From Terriglobales bacterium (GTDB lineage: Bacteria > Acidobacteriota > Terriglobia > Terriglobales > SCQP01): a DNA stretch of 64,000 bases. The stretch is taken from positions 28,575 through 92,574 of the forward strand of contig JBOGKX010000012.1 in assembly GCA_050746125.1 (NCBI GenBank). The letters are read 5' to 3'. A program made the position numbers and the translations under genes. Numbering within the stretch: the stretch's first letter is position 1; every line of letters begins with the position of its first letter. Positions 28,807 to 38,959 of the stretch are shown piece by piece. The notes under the pieces are model-generated. The model searched no databases, had not been told where the DNA came from, and saw only the letters and a list, made by a program, of their open reading frames with translations.

Positions 28807-29817
28807 TCAGTCCGCCGCCGGTGGCGGGGCTGCCCGGACATTGCCGGCGATTACCGTCGTCAGCGAGCCGTCGTCGCGGCGAATGCGAAGAAAACCTTGC
28901 GCGTCAAGGCCGCTAGTGACGCCCTCGTAGGCCTCGGCGTCTTCTCCCACGCGCACGCGCAGGCCTTGCACGTAAGAAGAGCTGCGCGCGAATTCCGCCA
29001 GCAAGTCGTCCACGCCGCCGCCGACAAACGCCTGATAACGGGCTTCGAGCTGGAACAGGATCTCGGCCAGCAACTCCAGGCGTGAGAACGCGCGTCCGGC
29101 GGCAAGGCGCAGGGAAGTGGCCAGGGGCGCCAAATCGGGCGAAAACTCGGTTTGATGCACGTTTACGCCGATGCCCAGCACCAGGTGTTGTACGCGAGTC
29201 GGCTCCGCGCTCATCTCCAGCAGCAAGCCGGCGACTTTGCGGCCATCGAGCAAGACATCGTTGGGCCAGCGCAAATCGGGCGCGAGACCGGTTACCAGAT
29301 GGATGGCCGCGGCGACGGCCACGCCGGCGGCCAGGCTCAGCGCCAGCGCCGCCGCCGGCGGACCCGGCGGACGGAGCAGCAGGCTCATGTAAATCCCCTC
29401 GCCCGCCGGCGATGCCCAGCGACGGCCATGCCGGCCGCGGCCGCCGGTTTGTTCCTCGGCGAGGAAGAGGCTGCCGTGCGGCTCCCCTTGCGCGGCGGCG
29501 CCCAGCGCCGCCCGTTGCGTCGAGTCGATGCAAAAAAAATGATGGACGCGGCGCCCCAGCGAGCCGCTTTTGCGGTGTGGCGCGACCAACGCGGGCAACA
29601 GCAGATCGGGCATGGCCTCGAGCTGATAGCCGCTGGCGCGGTGGCCGCGCAGCTGCATGCCGTACTGGCGCAGTTGTTCGATGCCGCGCCAGACGCTGGA
29701 GCGGCTGACGCCGAGTTCTTGGGCTAGGCGCTCGCCGGAGAGCACGACAGTGGCATGGGCGACGAAAAGCTCCGCCAAACGGGTGAGATGGCGCGCGCCC
29801 TCGGGCGGATCGTGCAT
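28807..29817 (-). CDS. birA: Bifunctional biotin--[acetyl-CoA-carboxylase] ligase / transcriptional repressor
   Basis: N-terminal HTH (GERLAQELGVSRSSVWRGIEQL) plus the GRGRHGRRW biotin-ligase motif. Confidence 0.9.
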   Translation of the reverse strand: MHDPPEGARHLTRLAELFVAHATVVLSGERLAQELGVSRSSVWRGIEQLRQYGMQLRGHRASGYQLEAMPDLLLPALVAPHRKSGSLGRRVHHFFCIDSTQRAALGAAAQGEPHGSLFLAEEQTGGRGRHGRRWASPAGEGIYMSLLLRPPGPPAAALALSLAAGVAVAAAIHLVTGLAPDLRWPNDVLLDGRKVAGLLLEMSAEPTRVQHLVLGIGVNVHQTEFSPDLAPLATSLRLAAGRAFSRLELLAEILFQLEARYQAFVGGGVDDLLAEFARSSSYVQGLRVRVGEDAEAYEGVTSGLDAQGFLRIRRDDGSLTTVIAGNVRAAPPPAAD

Positions 29818-29821
29818 GGCG

Positions 29822-30709
29822 CTACAGCGCGAAGATGCGCATGGCCAGGTCCACGGCGGGAGCGGAGTGGGTAAGCGCGCCGACGCTGATGAACTGCACG
29901 CCGGTCTCGGCGTAAGCGCGCACGCTGGCCAAGGTTACGCCTCCCGAGACCTCGAGCGTGGCGCGGCCGGCAACCAGGGCGACGGCGCGCCGCACCTCCT
30001 CCGGCGCCATATTGTCCAGCAACACGCGTTCCGCGCCCGCCGCCAGCGCGAGGGAAATCTCCTCGAGCGTGCGCACCTCGATTTCGATTGGCTGGTCGGG
30101 ACGCCGCCGGCTTAGGGCGCGCTCCAGGGCGGCGGCGACACCGCCGGCCAATCGGATATGGTTGTTCTTGATCAGCACGCCGTCGCTGAGATCGCTGCGA
30201 TGATTGAGGCCGCCGCCGCAGGTGACCGCGTATTTCTCGAGCTGCCGCAGGCCAGGAAGCGTTTTGCGGGTATCGAGGACGCGCGCCGCCGTGCCGGCCA
30301 CCGCCTCGACAAAGCGTCGAGTCAGGGTGGCAATGCCGCACAGACGCTGCAAGAAATTCAGTACCACGCGCTCGCAGGCGAGCAGCTGCCGCGCCTCGCC
30401 CCGGGCCACGGCGACGATCTGGCCGGCGGCGAGCCGTACGCCGTCGAGCACCTCGCCCTGGCTGGTGACCACGACCGGACGCGGCCGGCGCACGGCGCCA
30501 TGCGCGGCTTCGCACAGCGCGGCGTAGCCTTCGTAAACCTGCGGCACCAGGCCCAAGCCGGCCAGCACCATCTCCTGCTTGGCGACGATCTCCGCTTGCG
30601 CCTCTTGCCCGGGTTCGATGGTGAGCGCGCTGGTGGCGTCGGCGAGTGTATGGTCCTCGCGCAAAGCGCTCTCGACCAACGCGGCCACGCGCCGCGAATT
30701 CCAATCCAT
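29822..30709 (-). CDS. nadC: Nicotinate-nucleotide pyrophosphorylase (carboxylating)
   Basis: 295 aa. Typical QPRTase sequence (RKTLPGLRQLEKYAV, MLDNM-like LLDNMAPEE). Confidence 0.9.
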   Translation of the reverse strand: MDWNSRRVAALVESALREDHTLADATSALTIEPGQEAQAEIVAKQEMVLAGLGLVPQVYEGYAALCEAAHGAVRRPRPVVVTSQGEVLDGVRLAAGQIVAVARGEARQLLACERVVLNFLQRLCGIATLTRRFVEAVAGTAARVLDTRKTLPGLRQLEKYAVTCGGGLNHRSDLSDGVLIKNNHIRLAGGVAAALERALSRRRPDQPIEIEVRTLEEISLALAAGAERVLLDNMAPEEVRRAVALVAGRATLEVSGGVTLASVRAYAETGVQFISVGALTHSAPAVDLAMRIFAL

Positions 30710-30736
30710 GCTCCCCGATTGTAAAGCCGGCAGCGG

Positions 30737-31729
30737 TCAGCCGTTTACCAGCCGCATCCCGCTCGCGGGGTAGCGCTCGCCAGCGGCCGCCCCGGGGGGC
30801 AGGGCCGACGCGAGTGCGGACAGATCGGCGCTGTCGAGCTTCACTTCCAGCGCGGCGAGGTTTTCTTCCAGGTATGCGCGCCGCTTGGTGCCGGGGATGG
30901 GAACGACGTCGGCGCCCTGCGCCAGTAGCCAAGCCAGCGCGATCTGCGCCGGCTTGCGGCCGAGGCGCCGCGCCATGGCTTCGACCGTGTCCAGCAATCT
31001 CAGATTGCGGCGCAAATTCTCGCCTTGGAAGCGCGGATTGTTGCGCCGCCAATCGTCGGCCGCGAGCCGGTCGAGATTACGCAATCCGCCGCCGAAAAAG
31101 CCGCGCCCGATCGGGCTATAGGCGACGAAGCCGACCCCCAGTTCGCGACAGGCGGGCAGGATTTCAGCTTCCGCGTCGCGGGACCAGAGGGAATACTCGG
31201 TTTGCAGCGCGGCAATGGGGTGCACGCGGTAGGCGCGGCGCAAGGTGCTGGGCGAGGCCTCCGACAGGCCGAGGTAGCGCACCTTGCCCATCTCTACCAG
31301 GCGCGCCATGGCGCCCACGGTCTCCTCGATTGGAACTTTGGGATCGACGCGATGCTGGTAGTAAAGATCGATTACGTCTAGCCCCAGCCGCTTCAGGCTC
31401 GCGTCGCAAGCCGGGTAAACGTACTCCGGGCGCCCATCGACGCCGGCAAAGCTGCCGTCGCCGCCGCGCACGTTGCCGAATTTCGTGGCCAGCACGACTT
31501 CGCGGCGGCGGCCGCGGATGGCGCGGCCCACGAGCGTCTCGTTGCGCCCGATTCCGTAAACGTCGGCCGTGTCGAGAAAATTGCAGCCCAGATCCAGCGC
31601 CCGATGAATCACGGCGATGGATTCATCGTCGCTGCCCGGGCCATAAAACTCCGACATGCCCATGCAGCCCAACCCCATGGCCGAGATGAGCAGCGGCGTG
31701 GAACCGAGGGGACGAATCGGTACTTCCAT
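30737..31729 (-). CDS. Aldo/keto reductase
   Basis: 330 aa. [13 protein letters not shown] and DTADVYG motifs. Confidence 0.88.
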   Translation of the reverse strand: MEVPIRPLGSTPLLISAMGLGCMGMSEFYGPGSDDESIAVIHRALDLGCNFLDTADVYGIGRNETLVGRAIRGRRREVVLATKFGNVRGGDGSFAGVDGRPEYVYPACDASLKRLGLDVIDLYYQHRVDPKVPIEETVGAMARLVEMGKVRYLGLSEASPSTLRRAYRVHPIAALQTEYSLWSRDAEAEILPACRELGVGFVAYSPIGRGFFGGGLRNLDRLAADDWRRNNPRFQGENLRRNLRLLDTVEAMARRLGRKPAQIALAWLLAQGADVVPIPGTKRRAYLEENLAALEVKLDSADLSALASALPPGAAAGERYPASGMRLVNG

Positions 31730-31733
31730 GGCC

Positions 31734-32570
31734 TCAGGATACGCCGGCCGGCGAAGTCCGAGGCCCCCAATTCAGATATTCGCGGAGGTATTCATCCTGG
31801 CTGGTCAGAAGTTCGGGAGCGGAGCCGTCGAACCAGATGCGATGGTCGCGAAGGAGCATAAACGAGGCGCGGCCCACGCCCGGCGGCACTGCCCGCACGC
31901 TTTGCGTGTCGTGATCCCACACCCGCGTGGCCAGCAAATAGCCGTCTTGCAGGCGATGGGTGGCGAGCAAAGCGGTCACGTGATTGAGATCGCGCAGTTT
32001 AATGACCAACTCGATGATGGTGGTCGCCGTTTCCGGATCCAGGCCGCCGGTGGGCGAGTCGTAGAGCATCACCTCGGGCGAGGTGGCCAGGGCGCGCGCG
32101 ATCGAGACGCGGTGGCGCATGCCGCCGGAGAGTTCGGCGGGCATCTTGTCGATGGCGTCCTCCAGGCCCACGAAGCGCAGGCATGTGCGCACCCGCTCCT
32201 CGATTTGCGCCTCGCTCTGCTGCCCCTCCTCGAGCAGGCGGAAGGCGATATTTTCCCGCACGCTCAGCGAATCAAACAGCGCGCTTTCTTGGAACGTCAT
32301 GCCGATCGAGCGCCGCAAGGCAAATAGTTCCCGCTCGGGCATGTGGGCGACCTCGTGGCCGCAGACCCAGATTCGGCCGCGGTCGGGGCGCAGCAGGCCC
32401 ATGGCCAGTTTCATGAGCACGGTCTTTCCCGAGCCGCTCTCGCCCAGCAGCACCTTGGTCTCGCCCGGCCGCACGGCGAAGGTGACATTTTCGAGCACCG
32501 GACCGGCGGCAAAAGCCAAACTGACTTGATCGAAGCGAATGACCGGGTTCTCGTCGCGCGCGTCTGCCAT
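31734..32570 (-). CDS. mlaF: ABC transporter ATP-binding protein, MlaF-like
   Basis: The start is moved to [18 protein letters not shown]. It has Walker A GESGSGKT and signature LSGGMRHRV. The N-terminal 254 codons of the track ORF are out-of-frame overlap with mlaE. Confidence 0.8.
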   Translation of the reverse strand: MADARDENPVIRFDQVSLAFAAGPVLENVTFAVRPGETKVLLGESGSGKTVLMKLAMGLLRPDRGRIWVCGHEVAHMPERELFALRRSIGMTFQESALFDSLSVRENIAFRLLEEGQQSEAQIEERVRTCLRFVGLEDAIDKMPAELSGGMRHRVSIARALATSPEVMLYDSPTGGLDPETATTIIELVIKLRDLNHVTALLATHRLQDGYLLATRVWDHDTQSVRAVPPGVGRASFMLLRDHRIWFDGSAPELLTSQDEYLREYLNWGPRTSPAGVS

Positions 32571-32587
32571 GTGGCCAGGAAGGAAAC

Positions 32588-33394
32588 TTAGGTGCCGAGC
32601 AATCCGACGAGCAGGCGGCTGAGGACGAAATCCGAAATGATGATCAACAGCGAGGCCAAGACTACCGCTTGTGTGGTGGCGCGGCCCACGCCTTGCGTTC
32701 CGCCGCGGGCCTTCATCCCGTAATAACAGCCGACGGTGGCGATGATAGCGCCAAAGACAAGTGGCTTGATCAGTCCCTGAATGACGTCGGCCGAATCCAG
32801 GATTCGAAAGGCCGAGACCCAGTACTGGTTGGCGTCCAGATGAATGCCGGCTATGGCATAGCTGAGCCCGCCCACGATGCCGCAAATGTCGGCAATGATG
32901 GTCAGAAAAAAGCTCATGACGATCGTAGCCAGAACCCGCGGCGTGACCAGCTTGCGCATCGGATCGGTGCCCAAGGCGCGCATGGCGTCGAGCTGCTCGG
33001 TGACGGCCATGGAGCCGAGTTCGGAAGCCATGCCGGAGGCGTTGCGCGCGCCTACCATCAAGGCGCTCAGCACCGGCCCGAGTTCCAACACCAGCGACAG
33101 GGAGACCAACTGGCCGAGGCGGTCGATTTGGCCGTATTGGGCCAGCGTGGCCGAGAGCTGCAGTGCCATGACCGCGCCGGTAAAGAAGCCGGTCAGGGCG
33201 ACGATCGGCAGCGAACCCACGCCGATCGAATCCATTTGTAAGAACAAGTCGCCGAAATAAAACGGCGTGGATACGACGTTGGCGAGGCTTTGCCCCACCA
33301 TCAGCCAGAATTCCTGAAAGGAAAACAGCCAACCCTTTAACGTGCCGCCCAGGGACGAGGCCTCATCCGGCATGTCGAGATTCGAATCTAGCAT
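32588..33394 (-). CDS. mlaE: ABC transporter permease, MlaE/YrbE family
   Basis: 268 aa polytopic membrane protein with a typical MlaE C-terminal half (GGTQGVGRATTQAVV). Confidence 0.8.
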   Translation of the reverse strand: MLDSNLDMPDEASSLGGTLKGWLFSFQEFWLMVGQSLANVVSTPFYFGDLFLQMDSIGVGSLPIVALTGFFTGAVMALQLSATLAQYGQIDRLGQLVSLSLVLELGPVLSALMVGARNASGMASELGSMAVTEQLDAMRALGTDPMRKLVTPRVLATIVMSFFLTIIADICGIVGGLSYAIAGIHLDANQYWVSAFRILDSADVIQGLIKPLVFGAIIATVGCYYGMKARGGTQGVGRATTQAVVLASLLIIISDFVLSRLLVGLLGT

Positions 33395-33462
33395 AGGGCC
33401 CGGCCGGCCGGGAGCCGCGTCGGGCGGCTACAATGGATAGCTTCCGTCTCCGGACCCGAACC

Positions 33463-34635
33463 ATGCTGCGTTTTACCACCGCCGGCGAGTCCCACGGCGA
33501 AGCGCTGATCGCGTTGATCGGAGGATTGCCCGCCGGCCTGCCGGTGGATTTCGCGCTTATCGATCGCGACCTTTGGCGCCGCCAACAGGGCTATGGGCGC
33601 GGCGGGCGCATGAAGATCGAGCGCGATCAGGCCCATTTTCTCGCCGGCGTCCACAACGGCGTCACCATCGGCGCGCCGGTGGCGATTCGGCTGGAAAACC
33701 GCGATTGGCGGAACTGGCAAGACACGCTGGCCGTCGATAAGCCGCCCGGCGAAGCGGCGCGGCCCGTGCGCAGCCCGCGCCCCGGTCATGCCGATTTGGC
33801 GGGTGCGATCAAGTTTAATTTTCCCGAATCGCGCTATGTGCTGGAGCGCGCCAGCGCTCGCGAGACGGCCGCGCGCGTGGCCGTCGGAGCGCTGGCGAAG
33901 CTGCTGCTGCGCGAGCTCGGCATCGAGGTGCTGAGCCACGTCGTGGCCGTGGGCGGGGCGCGGCTTCGGGCCGGAGCGGAGGCGAGTTGGGAGCGGCTGC
34001 GCGCCCTGGCGGAGCGGCAGGAAGTGCTGCTGAGCTGCGTGGACCCTGAAAGCGAAGCCGCCATGAAGGCGGAGGTGGACCGCGCGTTGCGTACTGGCGA
34101 TTCGCTCGGCGGCATCTTCGAGGTGCGGGCGCGCGGGCTGCCTCCCGGCTTGGGCAGCCCTGCGCAATGGGACGAGCGGCTGGACGGGCATTTGACCCAG
34201 GCGCTCGTCTCGATCCAGGCGGTGAAGGCGGCCGAGATCGGCGACGGCGTGTGGGCGGCGACGGCGCGCGGCTCGGAAGCGCAGGACCCGATCGCCTACA
34301 ACCGCGAGGCGCGCCGCTTTATCCGGCCCAGCAACCACGCCGGTGGCCTCGAGGGAGGCATGACGAATGGCGAAGAGGTGGTGGTGCGCGGCTATTTGAA
34401 GCCGATCTCGACGCTGCGCCGGCCGCTCGGCTCGGTGGACTTCGCCAGCCGCGAACCGGTCAAGGCCGCTTATGAGCGCAGCGACGTTTGCGTGGTGCCG
34501 GCCGCCGCCGTGGTGGGCGAAGCCATGGTGGCGCTGACCCTGGCCGGCGCCGTGCTGGCCAAGTTCGGCGGCGATTCCATGGTCGAGTTGCTGCGCAATC
34601 TCGCAGGCTATCGCCGCCAGGTGAGCGAATACTGA
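33463..34635 (+). CDS. aroC: Chorismate synthase
   Basis: Contains MLRFTTAGESHGEALIA and GRSSARETA-like RASARETAARVA. The start is moved to the conserved MLRF. Confidence 0.93.
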   Translation: MLRFTTAGESHGEALIALIGGLPAGLPVDFALIDRDLWRRQQGYGRGGRMKIERDQAHFLAGVHNGVTIGAPVAIRLENRDWRNWQDTLAVDKPPGEAARPVRSPRPGHADLAGAIKFNFPESRYVLERASARETAARVAVGALAKLLLRELGIEVLSHVVAVGGARLRAGAEASWERLRALAERQEVLLSCVDPESEAAMKAEVDRALRTGDSLGGIFEVRARGLPPGLGSPAQWDERLDGHLTQALVSIQAVKAAEIGDGVWAATARGSEAQDPIAYNREARRFIRPSNHAGGLEGGMTNGEEVVVRGYLKPISTLRRPLGSVDFASREPVKAAYERSDVCVVPAAAVVGEAMVALTLAGAVLAKFGGDSMVELLRNLAGYRRQVSEY

Positions 34636-35147
34636 TGGTTTATCCGATCGTCAAGTACCCAGATCCCATTCTCAATCGCCCCGCCGCCGAGGTGGCCGAG
34701 TTCAACACGCCGGAATTGCGCCGCTTGATCGATGACATGTTCGAAAGCATGTACGCCGCAAGCGGCGTGGGCTTGGCGGCGCCGCAGATCGGCATCGGAC
34801 GGCGCATCGCCGTGATCGATTGCAGCGCGGGCGCCGATGCGGCGCAGCAGATGGTGATCATCAATCCCAAGATCGTGCGCGGCGACGGTCGGGACGAGGC
34901 CGAGGAGGGCTGCTTGAGCGTGCCGGGGTTTCGCGCCAACGTCGTTCGCGCCGCCGCGGTCACGGCGCGGGCGCAAGACGTCGAAGGCAACTGGCGCGAG
35001 ATCGAGGGCAAAGAACTGCTGGCTCGCGCCTTGCAGCACGAGATCGACCATCTCGACGGCATTCTATTCCTGGCGCATCTCACCACGCTGAAGCGCGACA
35101 TGATTAAGCGCAAAATTCGCAAACTGCAAAAAACGGACGAGTGGTAG
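34635..35147 (+). CDS. def: Peptide deformylase
   Basis: GVGLAAPQIG, EGCLSVPG and HEIDHLDG motifs. The start overlaps the aroC stop. Confidence 0.93.
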   Translation: MVYPIVKYPDPILNRPAAEVAEFNTPELRRLIDDMFESMYAASGVGLAAPQIGIGRRIAVIDCSAGADAAQQMVIINPKIVRGDGRDEAEEGCLSVPGFRANVVRAAAVTARAQDVEGNWREIEGKELLARALQHEIDHLDGILFLAHLTTLKRDMIKRKIRKLQKTDEW

Positions 35148-35154
35148 GCGGCCC

Positions 35155-36090
35155 ATGCGGGTAATTTTCCTGGGCACGCCCGGATTTGCCGTCCCCGCCC
35201 TCGAGCGACTGGCCGGGGCGGCCGGTATCGAACTGGCGGGCGTGGTCTGCCAACCCGACCGCCAGGCTGGCCGGGGCCTCGAGAGCCGCGTGCCGGAGGT
35301 GAAGGCCGCGGCGATCCGTCTCGGCCTGCCGCTGCTCCAGCCGCAGGGGATCAAGGGCGACGAGTCGCAAGTCTGGCTCGAGCGGCTGCGGCCGGAGGCG
35401 CTGGCGGTAGTGGCCTACGGGCAGATTTTGCCCCGCCGCATCTTCACGCTGCCGCTTTGGGGCGCCATCAACGCCCACGCTTCCCTGTTGCCGAAATATC
35501 GCGGCGCCGCGCCCATTTCATGGGCCCTGGCGCGCGGCGAATCGGTGACCGGCGTGACCACGATGCGCATTGACGCTGGTCTGGATACCGGCCCCATGCT
35601 CTTGCGGCGCGAGCTGGCCATTGGACAAGACGAGACGGCGCCGGAGTTGAGCCGCCGCCTGGCGGCACTGGCCGCCGATTTGCTGCTCGAGACTTTGCTG
35701 GCGCTAGAGCGCAACGCCGTTGAGCCTCGGCCGCAGGACCCGGCGCAAGCGACGCTGGCTCCGCCGCTCGTCAAGGAGGACGGCCGCGTGGACTGGAACT
35801 TGCCAGCGCGAGAGATCTACAACCGCTGGCGCGGCTTTCAACCATGGCCCGGCCTGCACACCTCCTTCCGCGGCCAGCGCCTGCAATTGAAGCGGCTGCG
35901 GCCGGTCCCCGCCACTTGCGCGGCGGCCCGGCCCGGGCAGCTGGCGCTGATCGGCGGACAATTGCAAGCCGCCGGCGGCCAAGAAGCGCTGGCGCTCGAG
36001 GAGGTGCAATTGGCGGGTCGCGCCGCCGTGGGCGGGGCCGATTTCGCTCGTGGTGCGCGCTTGCTGCCCGGCGATGCACTCGGGACGTAG
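35155..36090 (+). CDS. fmt: Methionyl-tRNA formyltransferase
   Basis: 311 aa. MRVIFLGTPGFAVPALE and HASLLPKYRGAAPI motifs. It lies downstream of def. Confidence 0.93.
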   Translation: MRVIFLGTPGFAVPALERLAGAAGIELAGVVCQPDRQAGRGLESRVPEVKAAAIRLGLPLLQPQGIKGDESQVWLERLRPEALAVVAYGQILPRRIFTLPLWGAINAHASLLPKYRGAAPISWALARGESVTGVTTMRIDAGLDTGPMLLRRELAIGQDETAPELSRRLAALAADLLLETLLALERNAVEPRPQDPAQATLAPPLVKEDGRVDWNLPAREIYNRWRGFQPWPGLHTSFRGQRLQLKRLRPVPATCAAARPGQLALIGGQLQAAGGQEALALEEVQLAGRAAVGGADFARGARLLPGDALGT

Positions 36091-36136
36091 AATTCACGCA
36101 GGCTGCCCCCGTGGGGCGGCAAAAATCTCCTCTGGC

Positions 36137-36925
36137 ATGATCTCGATCGATCTCCAAGACCAAGTCGTGGTGCTCACCGGCGGCTCGCGCGGCATCGGCG
36201 CCGCCAGCGTGCGGCTGCTCGCGGCGGCGGGAGCACGGGTGGCATTCAGCTATCGCCGCGATCGCGCCGCCGCCGAAGCTTCTCTCGCGGCGGCCACCCA
36301 CGCCGCTGGCACGCCAGGGCGCGTGCGGGCGCTGCGGGCCGATGCGGCGCGCCCAGCCTCGGCCGAGCGCCTGGTGGCGCATGCGGTGCGGCACTTTGGC
36401 CGCGTGGATATCGCCATCGCCAATTCCGGCGTCTGGAACGCCGCCGACCTGCCCTTGGAAAAGCTCGACTCGCGCGCCTGGCGCGCCATGCTGGCGGAAA
36501 ATCTCGATAGCTCCTATGCGCTGGCCCGCGCCGCGCTGCGGCAGTTCAAACGGCAGCCGTCGCCGTCTGCGTCGCCCCGTGGCCGCATCATCTTGGTCTC
36601 CTCCACCGCCGGGCAGCGCGGCGAGTCCTGGCACACCCATTACGGCGCGGCCAAAGGCGGCGTGATCGCCTTCATGCGCGGCTTGGCGCCGGAGGTGGCG
36701 CGCGATGGAGTGTTGGTCAACTGCGTGGCGCCGGGCTGGGTGGATACCGATATGGCGCGGCCCGCGTTCCGCCGCCATCGCCAGCGGGTCTTCGCCGCCA
36801 TTCCGCTCGGCCGGCCGGGTCGCCCGGAGGAGATCGCCAGTTGCATCCTGTTTCTCTGCACGCCGGGCGCGAACTTTATGACCGGTTCCGTGCTGAGCGC
36901 CAACGGGGGTGCGGTGCTGGCGTGA
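36137..36925 (+). CDS. Short-chain dehydrogenase/reductase (FabG-like)
   Basis: TGGSRGIGAA and YGAAKGG motifs. The start is moved to MISIDLQDQVVVLTG. Confidence 0.85.
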   Translation: MISIDLQDQVVVLTGGSRGIGAASVRLLAAAGARVAFSYRRDRAAAEASLAAATHAAGTPGRVRALRADAARPASAERLVAHAVRHFGRVDIAIANSGVWNAADLPLEKLDSRAWRAMLAENLDSSYALARAALRQFKRQPSPSASPRGRIILVSSTAGQRGESWHTHYGAAKGGVIAFMRGLAPEVARDGVLVNCVAPGWVDTDMARPAFRRHRQRVFAAIPLGRPGRPEEIASCILFLCTPGANFMTGSVLSANGGAVLA

Positions 36926-36931
36926 TCGCGA

Positions 36932-37588
36932 TCAGGCGCGGGCGAGAAAAAGGCGCACGAATTCACCGCTGGCCGCCTCGCCCCGTGCCGCCGGCGCGCC
37001 CAGGCGCGTGCCCAGGCAGGCGACACGGCCCTTGCCCCAATTTCGCGCCCATCCGTAAACGATGCCGTCGTCGCCGGTCAGCACCGGCTCGCCCGCCCCG
37101 CTCGCCGCCGGCGTCATGCCGAGCGCTTCGCTGTCATGCCGCAGCCACCAACTCCGGCCGCGGTGCCGCATGCGCAAGTATGGACTGGCGTCGGCCACGC
37201 TAAAGAGATTTCTCAGCGGCAACGTGGCGCAGTCGGCCAGTTCTTGCCATACCTCCATGCCAGGTCCGCCGGCCAGCGCCGGCGCTTCCCAAAGGAGGGC
37301 GCCGCCGCGCCGCTTAAGGCGCAGCGCTAGCCGGGTGGCCAGCGCGCCATCCAAGCGCGCTTCGGCGGGAATCGCCAGCCAAGGCGGCTCGTCCTTTTTG
37401 CACAAATCGGCGGCCCGAAGCGGAACCAGCCCCAGGCTGCCCCAGCCGCGCCGGTTGCCGCGCGGATCGTCCCCGCCGTCGAGCCAGCACGCCCAGCCCC
37501 GGCGGGCCGCCGGCCACGACGGCGCTAGCGCCGCGCCCGCCAGCGCCAGGCCGCCCCATTGACAGATTCTCCGGCGCGCGATTTGCAT
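36932..37588 (-). CDS. Hypothetical exported protein with a Tat-like signal (218 aa)
   Basis: The N-terminus MQIARRRICQWGGLALAGAALA looks like a twin-arginine signal. The C-terminal WARNWGKGRVACLGTRLG weakly recalls the ThuA-family GKGRV motif. It is the last gene of a four-gene co-directional cluster. Confidence 0.45.
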   Translation of the reverse strand: MQIARRRICQWGGLALAGAALAPSWPAARRGWACWLDGGDDPRGNRRGWGSLGLVPLRAADLCKKDEPPWLAIPAEARLDGALATRLALRLKRRGGALLWEAPALAGGPGMEVWQELADCATLPLRNLFSVADASPYLRMRHRGRSWWLRHDSEALGMTPAASGAGEPVLTGDDGIVYGWARNWGKGRVACLGTRLGAPAARGEAASGEFVRLFLARA

Positions 37589-37593
37589 GGCCG

Positions 37594-38430
37594 TTACTCC
37601 TCCGCCATGCCGATCAGTCGCCGCAAGGCCGCGGCGGTGTCGTAAAACTGCTGATCGGGACAGTAGCGGTAGGGCACTTCCATTTCGGCGACTAGGAAGC
37701 CGTCATAACCTACCTTGCGCAGGGCGCGCATGATTGCCGGCCAGTTGTTGTCGCCCAAGAAGATGTTGGTATAGACCGAGCCGCCGCCGCGCCCGCGCCC
37801 GCGCAAGGTGTCTTTCACGTGCATGCGGGCGATGCGCGGTCCCATCTCCTCGACCCATTGCTCCGGAAATCCTGTGTCGTGAATGTTGCCGACGTCCAGG
37901 TGCGAGCCGAAGCCGGCGCCCAGGGCGTCGATGAACAGGCGCATTTCCCGCGGTCCCATCATGAACCGCTGCTCTGCGTTGCAGTTTTCGATGCCGATCA
38001 CCACCCCGGCTCGCCGCGCCTCCGGGCCGAGCGGCGGCAGGACTTCCAGGCAGCGCTGATAGCACTCGTCGTAGGTAACTTCCGGAGTCACCAGGCCGGC
38101 CACCACCAGAATTTCGTCGCAGCCGAAGATTTGCGCCAGCTCAAGCTGACGGCGGGCGATGGCCAGGGCCTGCGCGCGCACGGCGGGATCCCGCGAAGAA
38201 AAAGGCGCTTCCCAGTGCAGGGCGGTGGAGACATTCGACACTTGCAGGCCATGATCGTGGGTCATCGCTCGCAGCGCCCGCGCCTGGGCATCGCTGGTGC
38301 GCGGCGTGAGCGCTCCCTCGCGCTCGACCCAATACTCGACCCCCTCGTAGCCGGCGTCGTGGATCAGCTCCAGCCCAGCGGCCAAGGTCATCGCCTTGGG
38401 GAGGAGATTGTTGCCGATACTCTTCTTCAT
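37594..38430 (-). CDS. Sugar phosphate isomerase/epimerase (xylose isomerase-like TIM barrel)
   Basis: The start is moved to MKKSIGNNLL. Typical family layout is present (GYEGVEYW, LDVGNIHDTG, HVKD). Confidence 0.75.
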   Translation of the reverse strand: MKKSIGNNLLPKAMTLAAGLELIHDAGYEGVEYWVEREGALTPRTSDAQARALRAMTHDHGLQVSNVSTALHWEAPFSSRDPAVRAQALAIARRQLELAQIFGCDEILVVAGLVTPEVTYDECYQRCLEVLPPLGPEARRAGVVIGIENCNAEQRFMMGPREMRLFIDALGAGFGSHLDVGNIHDTGFPEQWVEEMGPRIARMHVKDTLRGRGRGGGSVYTNIFLGDNNWPAIMRALRKVGYDGFLVAEMEVPYRYCPDQQFYDTAAALRRLIGMAEE

Positions 38431-38452
38431 CGCTAGGCTTTCCACGCTTCCG

Positions 38453-38959
38453 CTATTGCAGCTTGGCGGCAATGTCGGCGGGCAGCTTGTCGGCATGAGC
38501 CAGCAATTGACTGACCTGCCACAGTTGTTGCTCGCTGAGCGTGCCCTGGAAGGCGGGCATGCCGGAGAGCCGGATGCCGTTTTTGACTTTCCAGTAAGTA
38601 ACGCCGACGGGATCGTCGGTAACCATGCCCGCCGCGCTGAGCAGTTGCGGCGGGGTGGGGAACATGCCCTTGGCGGCAGCCGGCTGCGGCTGTCCGGGCA
38701 AGCCGTGGCATTGCGCGCAGTCCGTCTTGTACACCGACGCGCCCAGCGCAAGATCGGCCGGGTCGGCCGCGACTCTGGCCCGCTTCGGCGCTTCTCGCCT
38801 TAAGCGGGCTTGCAGTGCCGTCTTGGCGAGCAGGGTTTCCATGGGCAGGGGCGAGGATGCGGTCGCCACGGGTATGCGACCGGCACGCGCCATCAGGTAC
38901 GCGCCGATGGGCACTAACAAAATCCCGACGATTACTCCAATGATGAATGCCTTCATCAC
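38453..38959 (-). CDS. Membrane-anchored c-type cytochrome
   Basis: N-terminal TM segment (AFIIGVIVGILLVPIGAYL), CAQCHG heme-binding motif and a distal GMPAF Met ligand context. Confidence 0.8.
   Translation of the reverse strand: MMKAFIIGVIVGILLVPIGAYLMARAGRIPVATASSPLPMETLLAKTALQARLRREAPKRARVAADPADLALGASVYKTDCAQCHGLPGQPQPAAAKGMFPTPPQLLSAAGMVTDDPVGVTYWKVKNGIRLSGMPAFQGTLSEQQLWQVSQLLAHADKLPADIAAKLQ

Noticed and set aside
29724-31052. 442-aa minus-strand ORF spanning nadC and the aldo/keto reductase
   Set aside because: It runs out of frame over two well-supported genes, and its product is extremely Arg/Gly/Pro-rich.
31734-33394. mlaE-mlaF without an adjacent mlaD/MCE gene, considered as an anomaly
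   Set aside because: The substrate-binding MCE component may simply be encoded elsewhere. One window cannot show that it is absent.
33388-34338. 316-aa minus-strand ORF
   Set aside because: It lies antisense to aroC.
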